The position numbers and the translations under genes are program-made. 64,000 nucleotides of DNA from Ptychomitrium polyphyllum. Lineage: Eukaryota. The stretch spans positions 16,306,001-16,370,000 of the forward strand of contig OZ316775.1 in the NCBI GenBank assembly GCA_973851085.1, written 5' to 3'. The notes under the pieces are model-generated. The model was given only the letters and a program-made list of their open reading frames with translations, did not search any database and had not been told where the DNA came from. Positions 1-14,062 of this stretch are shown piece by piece (the stretch's first letter is position 1; every line of letters starts with the position of its first letter).

Positions 1-48
1 CATCCGTAGTACCTAACACCAGATTATGCCAGAATCTGACTTTGACAG

Positions 49-2681
49 GTGCCTAGATTGTGTAGGGTGGGAATGCGGGCTGACAAGGAGGTTCAGGCTA
101 TAGTCAAGTCACACGACATGAGCCAGTCTCCCCTATCCAAAGCAGTACCGTGTGTTGACAGGTCTACAGAACGTGATATTATACCTCATGTGGATAAAGC
201 GACGGAGCTTGATGTTGTGCCCCATGTTGATATAGCAACAGAGCTTGATAAATCTTCCCTGTTTTCCAAAGATCAGGATAGCCAGACTATGAATGTTGAG
301 CTTCAGGTCCCAAGCTTTCAGAGACACACAACTCCAACACAGGAAAAGTGCAGTGCAAAGGTTCGATATTTGTGCTCACCGTTGGCTTCATAAAAGGGAT
401 GATAAAGTGTGGCTTGCATTGTAAAGGTCTTGAAGGCAAGAGCCAGGTCTTTCTAATGTATTTACAACCTTCAGTAAATGTGGGTCCTTCGTCTTCTGAG
501 TTGATGCTAGTCAAAGTTTCAACCTTCTAAAATTATTAGAGATCATATCTAAGCTATGCGTCGTGCAGCTGAGTGTGCGGTTGCACATATGAAAGATTAT
601 GTGAAGTATTTATGATTTCAACTGAAAGATATATGTTGTGCATGGCATCTATAGGAGCACCACCAAGCCACTGAGTGTCGAGCCCCTTGGAATACTGTGG
701 GTATCCAGACACCAGATACTACTGCTACTATTTCAAGAACATCACTCATCCCTCCGGCGGCTATACCTATGTTAATGCCAGTCTTCTCTCAGCAATGGGG
801 GACGAGTATGCTTCCCACAAATTTTCCTACTTTTCATTTTGAACTGCCAGTTCACATGACAGTCTCTTCAGATGCGCCCCCAACTTCTGCTAGTGCAGTA
901 AATTGCACCTTCCCAGTTGGGGTGAACCAAGGGACGCAAGCCACTAAATCTATCCAAGTGAATTCTAAGGAAAATTCAAAGGAGATTGCAGTACAGACAC
1001 ATCACGAGGTGTCCAAATTGCCAATCAACAGCAGAGCTGCGCATAGACAACTCGGTGTCTGGGAGGAAGAAAGTGACTCTGACTGGGAAGAGCTAAAGCG
1101 GGGTTCTTCCCCATCAACACCATCAACACCTTTATCCTCTCCTGATCACAAAATGAGTTTGAAAAAAGCGATGGAGCTATACCCAATTAACTCCTCTATT
1201 ACCCGAGAAATAGGATTTGCAAGGAAAGATCCGCAACCATCAATATCGGAGGCACGTCAGACTTTAGAGAGCGTATTAGCACCACCAATTGAGATGGTGA
1301 CGGAAACGATTATAGAAGACACTACAGCGGATGAGTCACCTGTGAATGTCAATGGGACGAGGTATGTAAAAATCACGTCCTTTACGTTAGCAGAGCTACT
1401 GGAAAAGAGGCTTCAATTGGAAAAGAGGCTGCAATTTCATTTTGATGGACTTCTTTGATATTATCTCCTGTGTGTTTTCCAAACCGCGTACGTTTTGTGT
1501 CAATGTTTGAGAGGAGGCTAACTGCCTGAAAACCTCATTGTAAGCACATACATATCAATATAGACATATTTAAAGACTGGGATAACACCACGATATTACT
1601 TTTGCTGTTACTTGAGCAGAAGAGACACAAGCTGGGCAAAGGTTAAGGAAATGGAGACAGCTGCGCTTGCGCTGCTTAGAGCTGCTTCAACGAAGACGCC
1701 CTCTGCTACGAGTTCATCGGAACGTTCTCGTGAATCGTCACCTGAGTTCCCCACCTGGATATCTCCAGGCGAGGTGAATATTGAAGGTTGTTGCTCCCGC
1801 TGATCGCAGTATTGCAGATATGAACGGTTGAGATCTACGTTTTGTAGCCACGAGTTTTGGTTATGTGTCTTCATCGTGTACCGACATCCATCATGATTTG
1901 GCGCTCCACTTTCTACCTCTATATTGTTGATTAAACACCTTAATGTTGCAATATACTAGCGACCAAGTTTATATTTGATGTCTTTCGCATCACATACGGT
2001 TTGCTTCTTTCCCTCTTATTTTCTATCATCCTCCTGGTATTATACTCTTTTTGAATTGATTTGAGCATGTTTGTGAAGTGCAGAAGTGGGGAGGAGTAGC
2101 TCTGACGGTAGATTTCTCAAAAAGGTACATAATACTCGTACATTTCAAGAGGACTTGGGCAAACAGGTTAAAAGCCAGGCGTGGAGTACATTTGGCAGTG
2201 GCCGAGCCTCTATCGGAGAGATTTATGATACAGTTGGCGTCCTCGGACTTTTGTCAGACGGTATACTCAGTTTCTATCTTACGCAGTTTCCCCTAGGAGG
2301 TGCATTGGTATGTTGTAATAAATTTTTCATACTGAGGATAAAGGAGAAGCTAACTTGTATTCTGTCTCGATTGTCTTCCTTGTGGGCATCTCAATGCCGA
2401 ACCCAGCTTTCTCTTACTAGCAATAATTTTTATACTATGGTAGATTCCTTGGGTGGATTGTTTGGGATCACAAAGGAGTTACACCAAAGAATGTGAACTG
2501 CTTCGTATTTTTTTTTGCAGGTGAAGTCGAAGCTGGCTTGGTGTTAACATTAGACGAGCCAGGGCAGATTCAGAATGGGTACAATTTTGCTTTACATTCT
2601 AAAACTGATCTGCAAGACCAAGGGTCTGAGCCGGGAGAATTTTACGTAGGTGCTGATGCTTCCTCTTCACAAGCCATCTAA
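49..2681 (+). other. Unidentified, partly degenerate coding-like region (ORF 697-1458 of 253 codons plus possible exons ~1617-1772, ~2084-2496, 2521-2681); TE-derived or lineage-specific gene
   Basis: Long S/P/T-rich ORF with an acidic patch (EEESDSDWEE). Plausible acceptors include ttttttttgcag at 2520. GC is higher than in the AT-rich 2700-3800 stretch. No domain recognised. Confidence 0.25.
154..252 (+). repeat. Degenerate 36-bp in-frame tandem repeat (about 2.7 copies)
   Basis: Translates as VDRSTERDIIPH / VDKATELDVVPH / VDIATELDK within ORF 49-393. Confidence 0.75.
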
Positions 2682-4454
2682 CTCCCAATTTTTCTCGTAT
2701 ATTCTTATTGGTAAATTGTTGAGGCACATTTATTGAAGTATGTATTGTCAGAATTCTTAGGCCACGTTTGACTTTGAGATAAGCGCAATTGCACCAAAAA
2801 TGTTGTGCCCTTTAGTAAACACCTTGCAGCCGCTTACATGATGTAATTGTCCTTGTTATGATCCAGTAATATCTAATCTTAATGAACTGCATCTACATAT
2901 TTTAATGAATATCATAAATAGTGTAGCTTACTTTGATCACCTAGCTCAAAGACATGGTGAACAAGGAATGTTAGGCCAATTTTGACAAACACTGTTGTTA
3001 CGACTTCTATTATTTAAAATGTAAATTTGAAATTATGCACCTTTCTCATGTAAAGGTTGTATTAATTTGCAATCTCACATGATCCTTAAGTTTATAGAAA
3101 ATCTATATTTTGAAGTGAACTAAGTATGGGAAATATGCAATATGTAGAAATAATAATTAAAATTTGAGATTTGGAGTAGATTTTTGGTATTGGATTTTAT
3201 TGTAATTCCCTTACAATCATGATCTTAGCTTTAAACCAATAGCATTGTTTCATCTCAAAAATTCTAAGAAATTAAATCTATCATGGTTTTCCATATTGTA
3301 ATTCAAATTCTCACTTTATTGTAAAACACCTAACAGTGCCTAAATTAACCCTAATCATTGACCACTAGTGAATTTGAAGAAAAAAATATATTTAGAACTA
3401 TAAATCTTTGTTTTAAACATTGACACCAAAATAAGATAGTACAAGACATAATCATTTTTGTATTCATAACCTACAACATTTCTTTGTTCAAGTCATTGGA
3501 AAATAAGTAGGTTTAATTATAAAGATGTAATATATTTAAATATCATATTATAGGGATCAATGCCAAATCTGCCTATATTATATACTTTGAAAATTCATAA
3601 TCCATTCATATGTTTTTCAAATAATATATTTCAAAATATGTTGGAATTCTTTGGTTTTTCCTTTATAAATAAGATCCAACAATATAAGTCCTTTAGTAAA
3701 GATAACCATGTTTATTTATTTCATAGTTGTAAATTGTGCTTCCTAAGATTTGAAATTAAAGACAAAATAGAATGATATGGTGCCAAAACATTCCACTTTA
3801 TGAAAGTTCCAAGTACACAACAATATACACATCTTGCACCTTATCATTTCATTGTATCATTTCATCTTCTTCTTCACCTCATTTGCTCATATGACTCTAA
3901 TAAACATTCCCATATGACAAAGCTTCACCTCTCTTTGACCAAGTCGCCTAGAACCTCCAATCAAAGTACTCTTTTGCCAAACAAAAGACTTTAGAGGTGA
4001 GTTTACAAATAATTCTACTGTATTGAACTCTGAGTGCGGAAGAGAAGTGAGTTCACAAACAGAGAAGTGAGTCACAAACAGAGAGCTCTACACCGAACTC
4101 TACTATTTCCAATTTCTGGTGTATTCCAGGGTGCATGTGGGTGGTTCTGCCGTCATACAGTGAGCCATTGCAAAGTAGAGCTGACTCAGAAGATGAGGTG
4201 GCACTCTGAGAATGCCAACTGGACGACAGACGGGTCCATGTCATTGCCTGCTTCCTGCTCGTCTCGCAGGCGCTCTGGATTTTTTTGCAGCACCCGCGCA
4301 GTCTTGCTTGCTTGCTAGCAAGCTATGTTGTGTCATTCCAGTGCACTTGCAAGAGCCATTGCTGCTGTGCCACCATCTCATCTTCCACTCTTGGATCACA
4401 ACCGACTCATCTCTCAATTGCATCACTCATTCACTTCTCAACAAACCTCTCACC

Positions 4455-7204
4455 ATGGGCGACGTCACCAAGAAGCGGTGGCTGCCTCTGGAGGCCAACC
4501 CGGACGTTATGAACCAGGTCGCACATCACATGGCAGTCACATGCAATATAGGTTTTCTTGAATGTGTGTTTGTTCCCGTATTTTTAATCATCTCTTGAGT
4601 CACCAACCCACCTGGAGGAATTCAGTCATTGGGCTAGGTTCGGGTGTCGTCTTTGGACAGGATTGTATTTGTGTCGAGGGTGGTTGCTTTCTTTCTTGAT
4701 GTTGCTTTAGTGTTCTTTAGTGTTGCTGCATTTTCATGTTCGCTGCAGTGGTTTGTTTAGGGATGATTTCAAGTGTAGAAATCTTTCTGTGGATTTGTTT
4801 GGATGCCCTGTCTCTTAGGTCAATAGTTTCTTGGGGAAGTTCCATGGCGGGTGAATGGTGTTCATGGATTGAAACTTTGGAGAGACAATGTAGCCTCATT
4901 GGAACGGCTGGCTGAATCTTCTGTTGCTTTATTGTGGAAATTTTTAGGACCCTAGCGGGCATGCGGTGCATCTGAATGTTGCCGCTGTGTTGGTGTGTGA
5001 TTTTTATGAGAGTGATGCCTGATTATGGCGCTCGTTCTCGTCGTTCTGTTCGATGTGAAGTTGTGTAGGGTTTAGATCTAGCTGTATCGGCGATATTTTG
5101 CATTTCGTCTTTTCAGAAGAATATGATTGCGATGTGAGTAGGATTGCTGAGGTTAACCTCTCCGGGTGGCAAATTGGTGAGGAGGGGAATTGATGGTTTG
5201 ACATGGTGTTCATCGCAGTTCTTGCATCGGCTGGGGTTTCCAACTGATGCAGGGTGCTACGATGTGTTTGGATTCGATGATGACCTCCTGGCCATGGTTC
5301 CATCCCCTGTTCTCGCGGTGCTTCTACTCTTCCCCATTACCAAAGAGGTATGCTGAACCCGACTCAGTCTGCCATATAAATTTTTTGCGAATAAAACCCT
5401 AAGCTATTACTTGAATATATTTCCTTTGCCTTAATTGAGGGTTCCTTAGTGTGTGTTTCCCATATCCTGGTTACGACGTTGTCGAATGTTCCTTGAAATT
5501 GCTCACATCACTCACACCTACAGCGCTTTGTGATGATGACAGTCTGAGGAGGCGAGCTTGGCAGAGCAGGCTAAGCTTGAAGCGTCAGGAGCGAAAGTAA
5601 GCTTTTCTTTACTTATCATCTTGTTAAAAGCCGGAGGTGAACATTGAAAATCTTGCTTTCCTTGCTTTGGACTTCGCAGTTGACAAAAGATGATCCATGG
5701 CAGGTGAGTGAGAAGGTTTATTTCATGAAACAAACTGTTGGGAACGCTTGTGGTACGATTGGCCTGCTTCACGCTGTCGGCAATCTGACCTGCAGTTCTC
5801 TTGTTGACCTTGGTATGCACTTCGCGAGACATCCTACCTCGTGATTTTGAAAGACAGACGTGTTACGAGGTTGGTGTGTATGCACTCATTTGCTTCGTAA
5901 GCTGGTATGGATGCTCAGTGTTATTTGTACTGGTATTTGAATAAGATTATTCATTCGACTGTTTATCTTGGCTGCAGAGGAAGGCTCATATCTGCAGCGT
6001 TTTGTCAAGCGAACTTCTACGATGTCTCCTGATGAGGTATGCTATTGTCCTGAATGCCTTAGATATTTATCAGCTGTATTTCTGGGGTAGAAGGGGTAGG
6101 TTTGTCTGATTTGTTGTATATTCCACTGCAAAATGTTTCTGATACGAGTGCAAGTCAGAACGTCGTCGGCTTGAGGTTTGATTAGTTACTAGCTTAGATT
6201 TTGCATTTGTCTGGTCTGAGATCTTCACACCAAGAATTAGTGCTGATGTTTACATTTGTGGATACAGAAAGCGCACTTTCTTGAGATTGATACTGAGTTG
6301 GAAGATGCACATTCGTTGGCTGCTAGTGGTGGCGATACCACGGTATATATCAAACAGTCCTTCGAATTTATTTATTATGCTGCATAGTGTGCAGACTTAA
6401 AAGCAGTCACTGAGTGCTTTGCGCTCATGTCAGGTTAACCTATGTTTCTAGCGTTTGAGTCTTGTGAGTAACTGCGATTAGACATCCTTTAATTCTTTGT
6501 TTACTGAATCCATGAATCCGCAATTTTGGGTGTTGCGTGCCTGGGATATGAAAGAAATCTCCTCGTATTATCAATGAGTTCTGTTTCAGATTTGGTCGAA
6601 GGGTGTATAAGTGAATGCTATTTAGAACTTAGATATAGCATTTTGTCTTTACTGTATTACCCTGTTTGAGCAGTTGTAGGTTTATGCTCATTTCAATCGA
6701 ATGGCGTTCTTTGCAGCCTCCAGATATTTCAAGCTCAGTGGACCTTCATTTTATTTGCTTTGTGTGTGTCGATGGTAAGTACGCAGTACAAATTGATGTA
6801 TTCTTGAGTATGAGGAATATCTCATAGGTCAGGATGAAGATCACGTAGAGCTTTGAGGAAGGACATGTCTTGAGAACATCAAAGAACTCATTATAATTAT
6901 GAACGTTAATGTACAGGAGGGCTCTATGAGCTCGACGGAAGGAAGAAGCAGCCCATTTATCATGGACCTTCCTCACAGGAGACACTGCTCAAGGTCTTCT
7001 TTCCTCATCAAAAGATCGCATTTTCTTGTCTAGCTTGCATTTTTTCTGTTTAATTTTTTTCCAAGTTTTTGTCAGGCATCGGTGAGTTCTATCTGACTTT
7101 TTAACGCGGATGTGCAGGATTCCGTGAAGGTGGTCCAGGGATTCATTGCTCGCAATCCAGAGTCAGTGAATTTCAATGTCATAGCCGTTGCCAAGGAAAA
7201 TTAA
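4455..7204 (+). CDS. UCH3: Ubiquitin carboxyl-terminal hydrolase (peptidase C12, UCH-L3/UCH3-like), 9 exons
   Basis: Exons ~4455-4517, 5219-5347, 5543-5596, 5704-5811, 5978-6036, 6268-6342, 6717-6774, 6917-6993, 7118-7204, with GT-AG introns. Motifs [26 protein letters not shown] (catalytic Q and C), LHFICF (His) and LYELDGRK (Asp). Confidence 0.95.
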
Positions 7205-7981
7205 TCATTTCACAACGTCGAAATTGGTGTGCACTTTCAATTCTTTAGATGATCAGTCCCAATGGTGCCTTCGTCTCTTCCACGGAACAAAGACGCGGCC
7301 ATGTTTTATCGTGAATTACTGTTAGTGCAAGTTTCCTATTTACATAGTGCTAGGGGGTTTTATTTGTGCAACTCACTTGCAACATTTTCCTTGCAACTCT
7401 ATCATGTTGTGAGCCTCTTCTACCTTCACCATTGCAACACTGGCTCGATTTGCTCTTTCTGGATACCTTCAAAGATCATTGAGTTAGAGCGTAGACCCTG
7501 ACAAAAAATGAGACAAAAATTGTATTGTATCAGACACTCGATCTAAATTCTTTGCGAGTGCAAATTTTGCCGCCACCTGAAACTCGTTGATAAGTATCAC
7601 TAGTGTCTTTGATGCCCGTAGTGTCTAGTTGGAAAAACGGTAAATAGAGGCAGCTAGCAGTGCAGGTAGAAGCTGTAAATACAAAGAATGAATGCTCTTC
7701 CAAAATCAGCAGCCTGCTGTATTCGACTTTTAGCGAAGCTTGCTCGTAAAGAAGTGCATTAGCAAAGCAAATCCGACCATGGCCTTCTAGAGAGCTCAGG
7801 GTTCCAATGTATTCATATGCGAAGACGGGACATCTGGAGTGGAGTCCTTGAAGTTTAGACCTGGAAGTTAGATGTGCATCCCATGCATTCCGTTGCACTG
7901 ATCTCTTTCTCACTCAAGCGGACTTGGAGCCCTTTACTCTTTCCTCTGCTACCATAATGTCCTGCTAGGTTAAGTACGACC

Positions 7982-9658
7982 ATGAATCGCCCTACTATTT
8001 GTCGTCTCATGTCTTTCCGTTCTCTGTCTTTGAGTTGTGCTCTTGCTATTCTTCCCTCTCTCTTCCTTGTTTATTCGTTTCATCAGGGAAAAACATCGCC
8101 GTCATTGTCCAGTGTTTCTGTCGTCCCTCCCGAAGTTGCTTTTCAAGCAGGATCAGATGGACTCCGACATCGCCATCGGTTCAGTTCATACGACGAGTAC
8201 CTCCAACTGCAACTGAACAAAACTCTTAACGCCAAATTGCGGAAGGTGTGGGGTACTATCGACTGGCGTCGCAAAATCAACGTGTTCTCTTCCATTTTCC
8301 GCTACCTTTTGGACCAAGGCCTGTTACAACAGAACCACAAGGTTATGTGCATTGGAGCTCGGATGGGACAAGAGGTCGTAGCTTTCAAGGAGATCGGTAT
8401 CCAAGACACAATAGGAATTGACCTTGTTCCTGCGCCACCGCTCGTAATCCACGGAGACATCCATCACCATCCGTTCGTGGACAACACCTTCGACTTCGAG
8501 TTCTCCAATGTCTTAGACCACGCCCTGTTACCGCACCGCTTCGTCTCCGAGATCGAACGAACTCTGAAACCCTCTGGCGTAGTAGTCCTACACGTCGCTC
8601 TCCACACACGCTCCGACAAATTCTCAGTCAATGAACTCCTCTCCGTCGACGCCCTCTTATCCCTCTTCCAGCACTCCGATATCATCCACGTCCGTAACGT
8701 CGACGCTTTCGGACTGGATACTGAAGTGGCCATGCGGAAGCATCACCGCCTTAAAACCAACAGTACTTACATGCCAAAAACTGCGACTAACTGTGCAACA
8801 CCGAGGGCTTCATCGACTCTCATCAACCTCGCAGAGCCGCTGATCTTGACGGAGCCGAAGAAACCATGGGTCACTTTGAAGAAGAACATGAAATCGGTGA
8901 AGTACCTGCCAACGTTGATTGACATTGGGCATCACAGACGCTACATCTACGTCGACATTGGAGCTCGGAATTATGGCTCCAGCATCGGCAGCTGGTTTCA
9001 GAAAGCTTACCCTAAACAGGAGCACAAGTTCGAAATCTATGCAATTGAGGCAGACAGCATGTTCCGAGACAGTTATGTGAACCACTCAGAGGTGAAGTTC
9101 TTGCCTTTCGCCGCCTGGATTCGGAACGAGAGCTTGATGTTTGGAAGCGAATTAGGAAAGGATGAAACAGGGAACAAAGAATCTGCAGGTCATATGGATA
9201 TGGGCAGGAATTTTCATCAACATTTGCAAAGTGGGTCACCACAGTTTGAAGAAAAACTTACTGAGGAGCAGGGGAAATCAGCAAGAAAGAGCAATAGATC
9301 TGTAGGTCATCTGGGCATGGGAAGAGTTATGGATTCTTTGCGAAGTGGGCCAGCAAAGCGAGGTGTTTTCGAGGTGCAGGGATTAGATGTTGCGGAGTGG
9401 GTCCGGAGCGTGGCGGGTGAGGATGATTTTGTGGTTGTGAAGATGGACGTCGAAGGTGCGGAGTGGGAGCTCTTGTGGAGGTTGATTGAAACGGGAGCCA
9501 TTTGTTTGGTGGATGAGCTCTTTCTTGAGTGTCATTATAATCGGTGGCAGCGATGTTGCCCAGAGAGGACCATGAAATATAATAGACCTTATGAAGACTG
9601 CCTTGAGTTGTTTCACACGCTACGGCATAACGGAGTGCTTGTGCATCAGTGGTGGTGA
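7982..9658 (+). CDS. Intronless membrane-anchored SAM-dependent methyltransferase-like protein (class I domain plus FkbM-like domain), 558 aa
   Basis: N-terminal hydrophobic anchor. First domain has CIGARMGQEV, GIDLVP, FDFEFSNVLDH. Second domain has YVDIGARNYGSS, VVVKMDVEGAE, DELFLECHY and ends VHQWW. Confidence 0.9.
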   Translation: MNRPTICRLMSFRSLSLSCALAILPSLFLVYSFHQGKTSPSLSSVSVVPPEVAFQAGSDGLRHRHRFSSYDEYLQLQLNKTLNAKLRKVWGTIDWRRKINVFSSIFRYLLDQGLLQQNHKVMCIGARMGQEVVAFKEIGIQDTIGIDLVPAPPLVIHGDIHHHPFVDNTFDFEFSNVLDHALLPHRFVSEIERTLKPSGVVVLHVALHTRSDKFSVNELLSVDALLSLFQHSDIIHVRNVDAFGLDTEVAMRKHHRLKTNSTYMPKTATNCATPRASSTLINLAEPLILTEPKKPWVTLKKNMKSVKYLPTLIDIGHHRRYIYVDIGARNYGSSIGSWFQKAYPKQEHKFEIYAIEADSMFRDSYVNHSEVKFLPFAAWIRNESLMFGSELGKDETGNKESAGHMDMGRNFHQHLQSGSPQFEEKLTEEQGKSARKSNRSVGHLGMGRVMDSLRSGPAKRGVFEVQGLDVAEWVRSVAGEDDFVVVKMDVEGAEWELLWRLIETGAICLVDELFLECHYNRWQRCCPERTMKYNRPYEDCLELFHTLRHNGVLVHQWW

Positions 9659-9954
9659 TTTTGCTGCATGTGGCAGTCTCAGTCTTTTGCTGTTGCATAC
9701 CAGTCATCAACTTTGATCCTTCTGGGAGGAACATTTGTGGAAACTTATTAGAGTTTTACATAAGTTAAGTAGATCCTGATTCCAATTTTATGAATTATTT
9801 TGAGCATGTAGTCGTCACCACTACTTTTGGTGCGGCAAACCGAGATTCAATCATGGAAATGTATCAAACAGAAGCTTATGTATCACGGAATGTTGAATAT
9901 AGAAATTGATATCATTGTGATTGTTGTCATCGCTTAAAATTTCGAATCTTACTG

Positions 9955-9978
9955 AATATATATATATATATATATATA
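9955..9978. repeat. (AT)n microsatellite
   Basis: Run of about 12 AT units. Confidence 0.9.
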
Positions 9979-11623
9979 CCATGACCATAAAAAGGAACGT
10001 GTTCAGACTACAATCCATGATCTATAACGCTTCGCGGCAGAATAATCATAAAAGCCGTGAGTTGGCCTGTGGTTCAACACACCTTTAATGTATTGAATGT
10101 CGACTCAAATCAGATCATTTCCTTCGCAAGTTGAGCCATTCAAGAGGAGAAGGAAAGCTCGGATATGCAAAGCACAGCTGCAGTAATGATATTTCTGTTG
10201 TGCAAAAAAATTTCAAACAACCATAATCGGCACATCTCACACGGAGTTCAGAGGACAACTCTTCGTTTGATACCTAAAAGATACTGATGTGATACTGATT
10301 TGATACCGGACGAACACTCCTGCGATAACCACATGATACTCAGGCAGCATACCATGACAAGGTCAATACATTGCAAGCCTGTCCAACGTGCACACAGTGA
10401 GCACACAGAATAGTTCGCAACATGTAGGCAATGCATGCAGCATGCGAAGGACCGCAAATGAACGACGGCTTCCAGGTAGAGTAGCTGCAATGATACAACA
10501 ACCACAACCGCATGCAGACAGCCTGCACATCAAGAAGTTGACGGTACACCAACACGTTGTTAACAAGATTGAAGGTACGATATGCATACCGTTCCTCAGA
10601 ATCATTGAAAAGCTTCCTAGATCATGTAAATTATGTTGGAACCTGTTAAAATAGAATATTTACATTTTCCATGCCCAAAAATTTGCACTGCTTCCTACGT
10701 ATACATTCTGTAGGGTGGCGTAGTGGGTGACCACTAACCAGGTTCTTGTAAAGCAACTTGTTAAGTAATGCATGGGGTCTGCAGGCACTGGACATGCTAT
10801 CTCATCTATGCCTTCATTTGCATGTCCCACCCTCATGATACAGTGTATGATCTTCAATAGATGAAGTAGCAGGCGACATAAATATATGATGCTTTTACCT
10901 CAGTAGTGATCACAAACTTAATATCTATTCATTCATATTTGTATCAGGAAACTTGCGCACCCGTTGTTGAGATTATTGATCACAAACTGATTGTGTTGAA
11001 AGCTATTTTGCTGCTATGACCTCGGGAAAGAGTGGGTGGTGCAATAGTCGATCGCAAGTCCTGGTGCTTTGAATCAAGGAGTCCACTATTCGATCGCACT
11101 TTCTCTTTTCGATCTCATGATCTTACGCTATACTTCTCGGAAGCTGATCTTGAAGAATTTAGGCTCTGACGTTTTCCGGACTCTTTGCAACTGCTGAATT
11201 GTGGATTAGCTTGGCTCCTCGTCAGACGAGAGCAAGAAGATTTTGAGAAGATTTTAGGGAGATTTTATGAAGATCTGACGAAGATTTAATGGAAGAAACT
11301 GTTTAACTTTAGAGATGATAAATCTGCACGAAAATCCCACTCGATGAAGCTAGTGCCATCAGGAAGCAGAGTTTGAGATCGTCGACTGTCACTTCCTTAT
11401 TTGATTGAGGGAAAATAAGGAATTTTGGATCTCAGGAGGATATTAAGGAAGGTTCTGCGGAGGACCTCATTCAGGTTCAGGTCCAGCTACGTGTGAGACA
11501 CCAAGCCTTCGGAAAACAGAAAGGACTACTTCAGAGGTGTTAGTAATCCTGAATGAAATCCTTCGCGATGAAGCGCCGTTAGAGAGCAGCTGTTGGGATC
11601 GACTCCTGCCGTTTTGAGAGTTC

Positions 11624-13909
11624 ATGAAGGCCATGACGACGTTAACGCAGATCTCCTACCGCAATGTCTTCTGCATGTGTTGGATTTTAACTTTCTTGTT
11701 GCTGTTCCACTGGCAAGCCAATTTCAGCAACCGGCAGGTTTTCTTCCCGCCTCGACCGATCCCTAACCTTCGCCCGCATGTGTTCAACCTGACGGACTTC
11801 GGAGCGGTTGGCGATGGCACCACCGTGAACACGAAATTCTTCGAGGATGCCGTAGCTGCTATCGAAGAGGTGGCTAGCGAGGGCGGTGGGCAGCTCAACG
11901 TCGGCGCCGGGCGCTGGTTGACGGCTCCCTTCAACGTCACCAGCCACATGACTCTGTTTCTTGCGCACGGCGCCACCATCGTTGGCAGCCAGGTACTCAA
12001 CGAATCTTCTGAGCAAGCTGACTGTCGCTCAGTGGGTATTTGTTAGAATCTTCAATGCCAAGTTCGTGGTTAGCAACACAAAATCAATGCCACCTGAAGC
12101 GATCTCTTGGTTTCCAATGATCCGATCTGCCCTAATCTCTTTACGCAGTTCTGCTAATTCCGAAACTAAGCATGCTTGTCTGTTGGAACATCAACTTGCC
12201 AGGCATCATTGCATGTGCGTTTATTTGGAGTCTATGCTACCTGTGGAGGATATAAGAATTGAGTTTGTTTTAAGATTAAAGGAAAGATTGTTGAAAAGTG
12301 GGATTTGGTGAGTGGTGGTGGGCAGGACGTAAATCTGTGGCCGATTCTTCCGCCATTGCCTTCATACGGCCGCGGTCGTGAGTTGCCAGGTCCACGGTAT
12401 GGAAGCCTCATCCACGGCCAGCATATCAATGATTTTGTTCTTACAGGTATAGTTCTGGTGTTGTATATTTTGGATTGGCGATGTTGCCTGATTTGCCCCT
12501 GCTTGAATTGACTCCTTCGGGGAGGCTCAGAATATCGCGGTTACTGGGTTATCTATCATATAGTAACTTTCCAACTGGTATTCTCTGCACCCAAAGCTCT
12601 TCATAACAGTATGTTAGTATGAATGAACACCGTTAATGCAGGTCACAATGGAAGCATTGATGGGCAGGGTACATGGTGGTGGGAGCAATTCAAGAAAAAG
12701 AATATGCTCTACACAAGGGGAAGGCTGGTGGAGCTCATGTGGTCCGACAACATTGAGATCACAGATGTGACTCTCCAGAATGCGCCGTTCTGGCACCTGC
12801 ATCCTTATGACTGTACCAATGTCACCATTCGGGGTGTGACTATTCTGGCTCCTCTAGATGCACCAAACACGGATGGCATTGACCCCGGTAATAATTCATC
12901 ATTCTACACCTTTCTTCTATCATAGCAGACCTTTCAGAAGCTAGTGGTATGATGTTGGATTACATGTGAATTAATTCACGAACCACATTCCAAGAAATAA
13001 TTTTATGCTAATCCTGAACCAGTGAATCTGAATGAAAAGATGTACATTTGTGAGTCTTATTCTAGAGCTTCCTGCACAAGACAACCTAGAACTTTCATAT
13101 GACATGATTTGAAGACTTTCTCAACATTGAGTCCACTGTGATGTCTTGAAAAATGCAGACTCTTGTAAGAATGTTTTGGTGGAAGACTGCTATATAAGTG
13201 TAGGAGATGATGCTATTGCAATTAAAAGTGGCTGGAACAAATACGGCATTGAGTACAATCGCCCATGTGTCAATGTTACCATCCGAAATGTAATTGCTCA
13301 TTCACAAATCAGGTAACGAGTATTTTCTAGACACAAGTGCCCATCTGAGTTACTAATCGGAAGCACATTCCTTTTTTCCTCCCTTCATTAGGCTTGACTT
13401 TACGTAAACCGTTCGTGGTGCTGGTGATATGCAGCGCGGGGGTGTCAATAGGGAGTGAAATGTCTGGAGGAATTGAACAAGTGCTGGTGGAAGGTGTCCA
13501 CATATGGGGCTCAAGAAGGGGCATTCGCATTAAAACATCTCCAGGCCGTGGAGGCTATGTGAAAAAAATACGGTACCATAACTTAACACTAGCTGATGTT
13601 AGAGTAGGGATAGTAATGAAGACCGACTACGGTGAGCACCCTGACTCTGACTTTGACCCTCAGGCACTCCCTGTTGTTGCCAATATATCCTTTGATGGCA
13701 TCTACGGAAGTTCAGTTCGTTACCCAGTGCGGATGTCTGGCAGTAAGGAGGTTCCCATTACAGGAATTGAGATTCGCAACATGCATGTTGGATTAACCAG
13801 CAAAAAGAAAAATGTGTTCACTTGTGACTTCATTCAGGGGAAAGTGATAGGCCAGGTGTTTCCAAGCCCTTGCAAAGCCTTGCTCCAGGAGGAGGCTGCT
13901 TCTGATTGA
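11624..13909 (+). CDS. Polygalacturonase (glycoside hydrolase family 28), 5 exons
   Basis: Exons ~11624-11992, 12326-12446, 12642-12887, 13159-13312, 13434-13909. Motifs FGAVGDG, APNTDGIDPDS, GDDAIAIKSG, GVSIGSE, RIKT. N-terminal hydrophobic segment. Confidence 0.95.
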
Positions 13910-14024
13910 TCCTGCACGTCAAAGTAGATTATATGTTGTGGATATGATCATTATTATGATTTTTGGGCTAAGTCATGGAGAGTTTTGAACTGGTAGAGAA
14001 TTAGGGAATTCTAGATCAACATCG

Positions 14025-14062
14025 GAGTTTGAGTTTGAGTTTGAGTTTGGGTTTGCGTTTGA
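14025..14062 (+). repeat. (GAGTTT)n hexamer microsatellite in the polygalacturonase 3' region
   Basis: gagtttgagtttgagtttgagtttgggtttgcgtttga. Confidence 0.8.
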
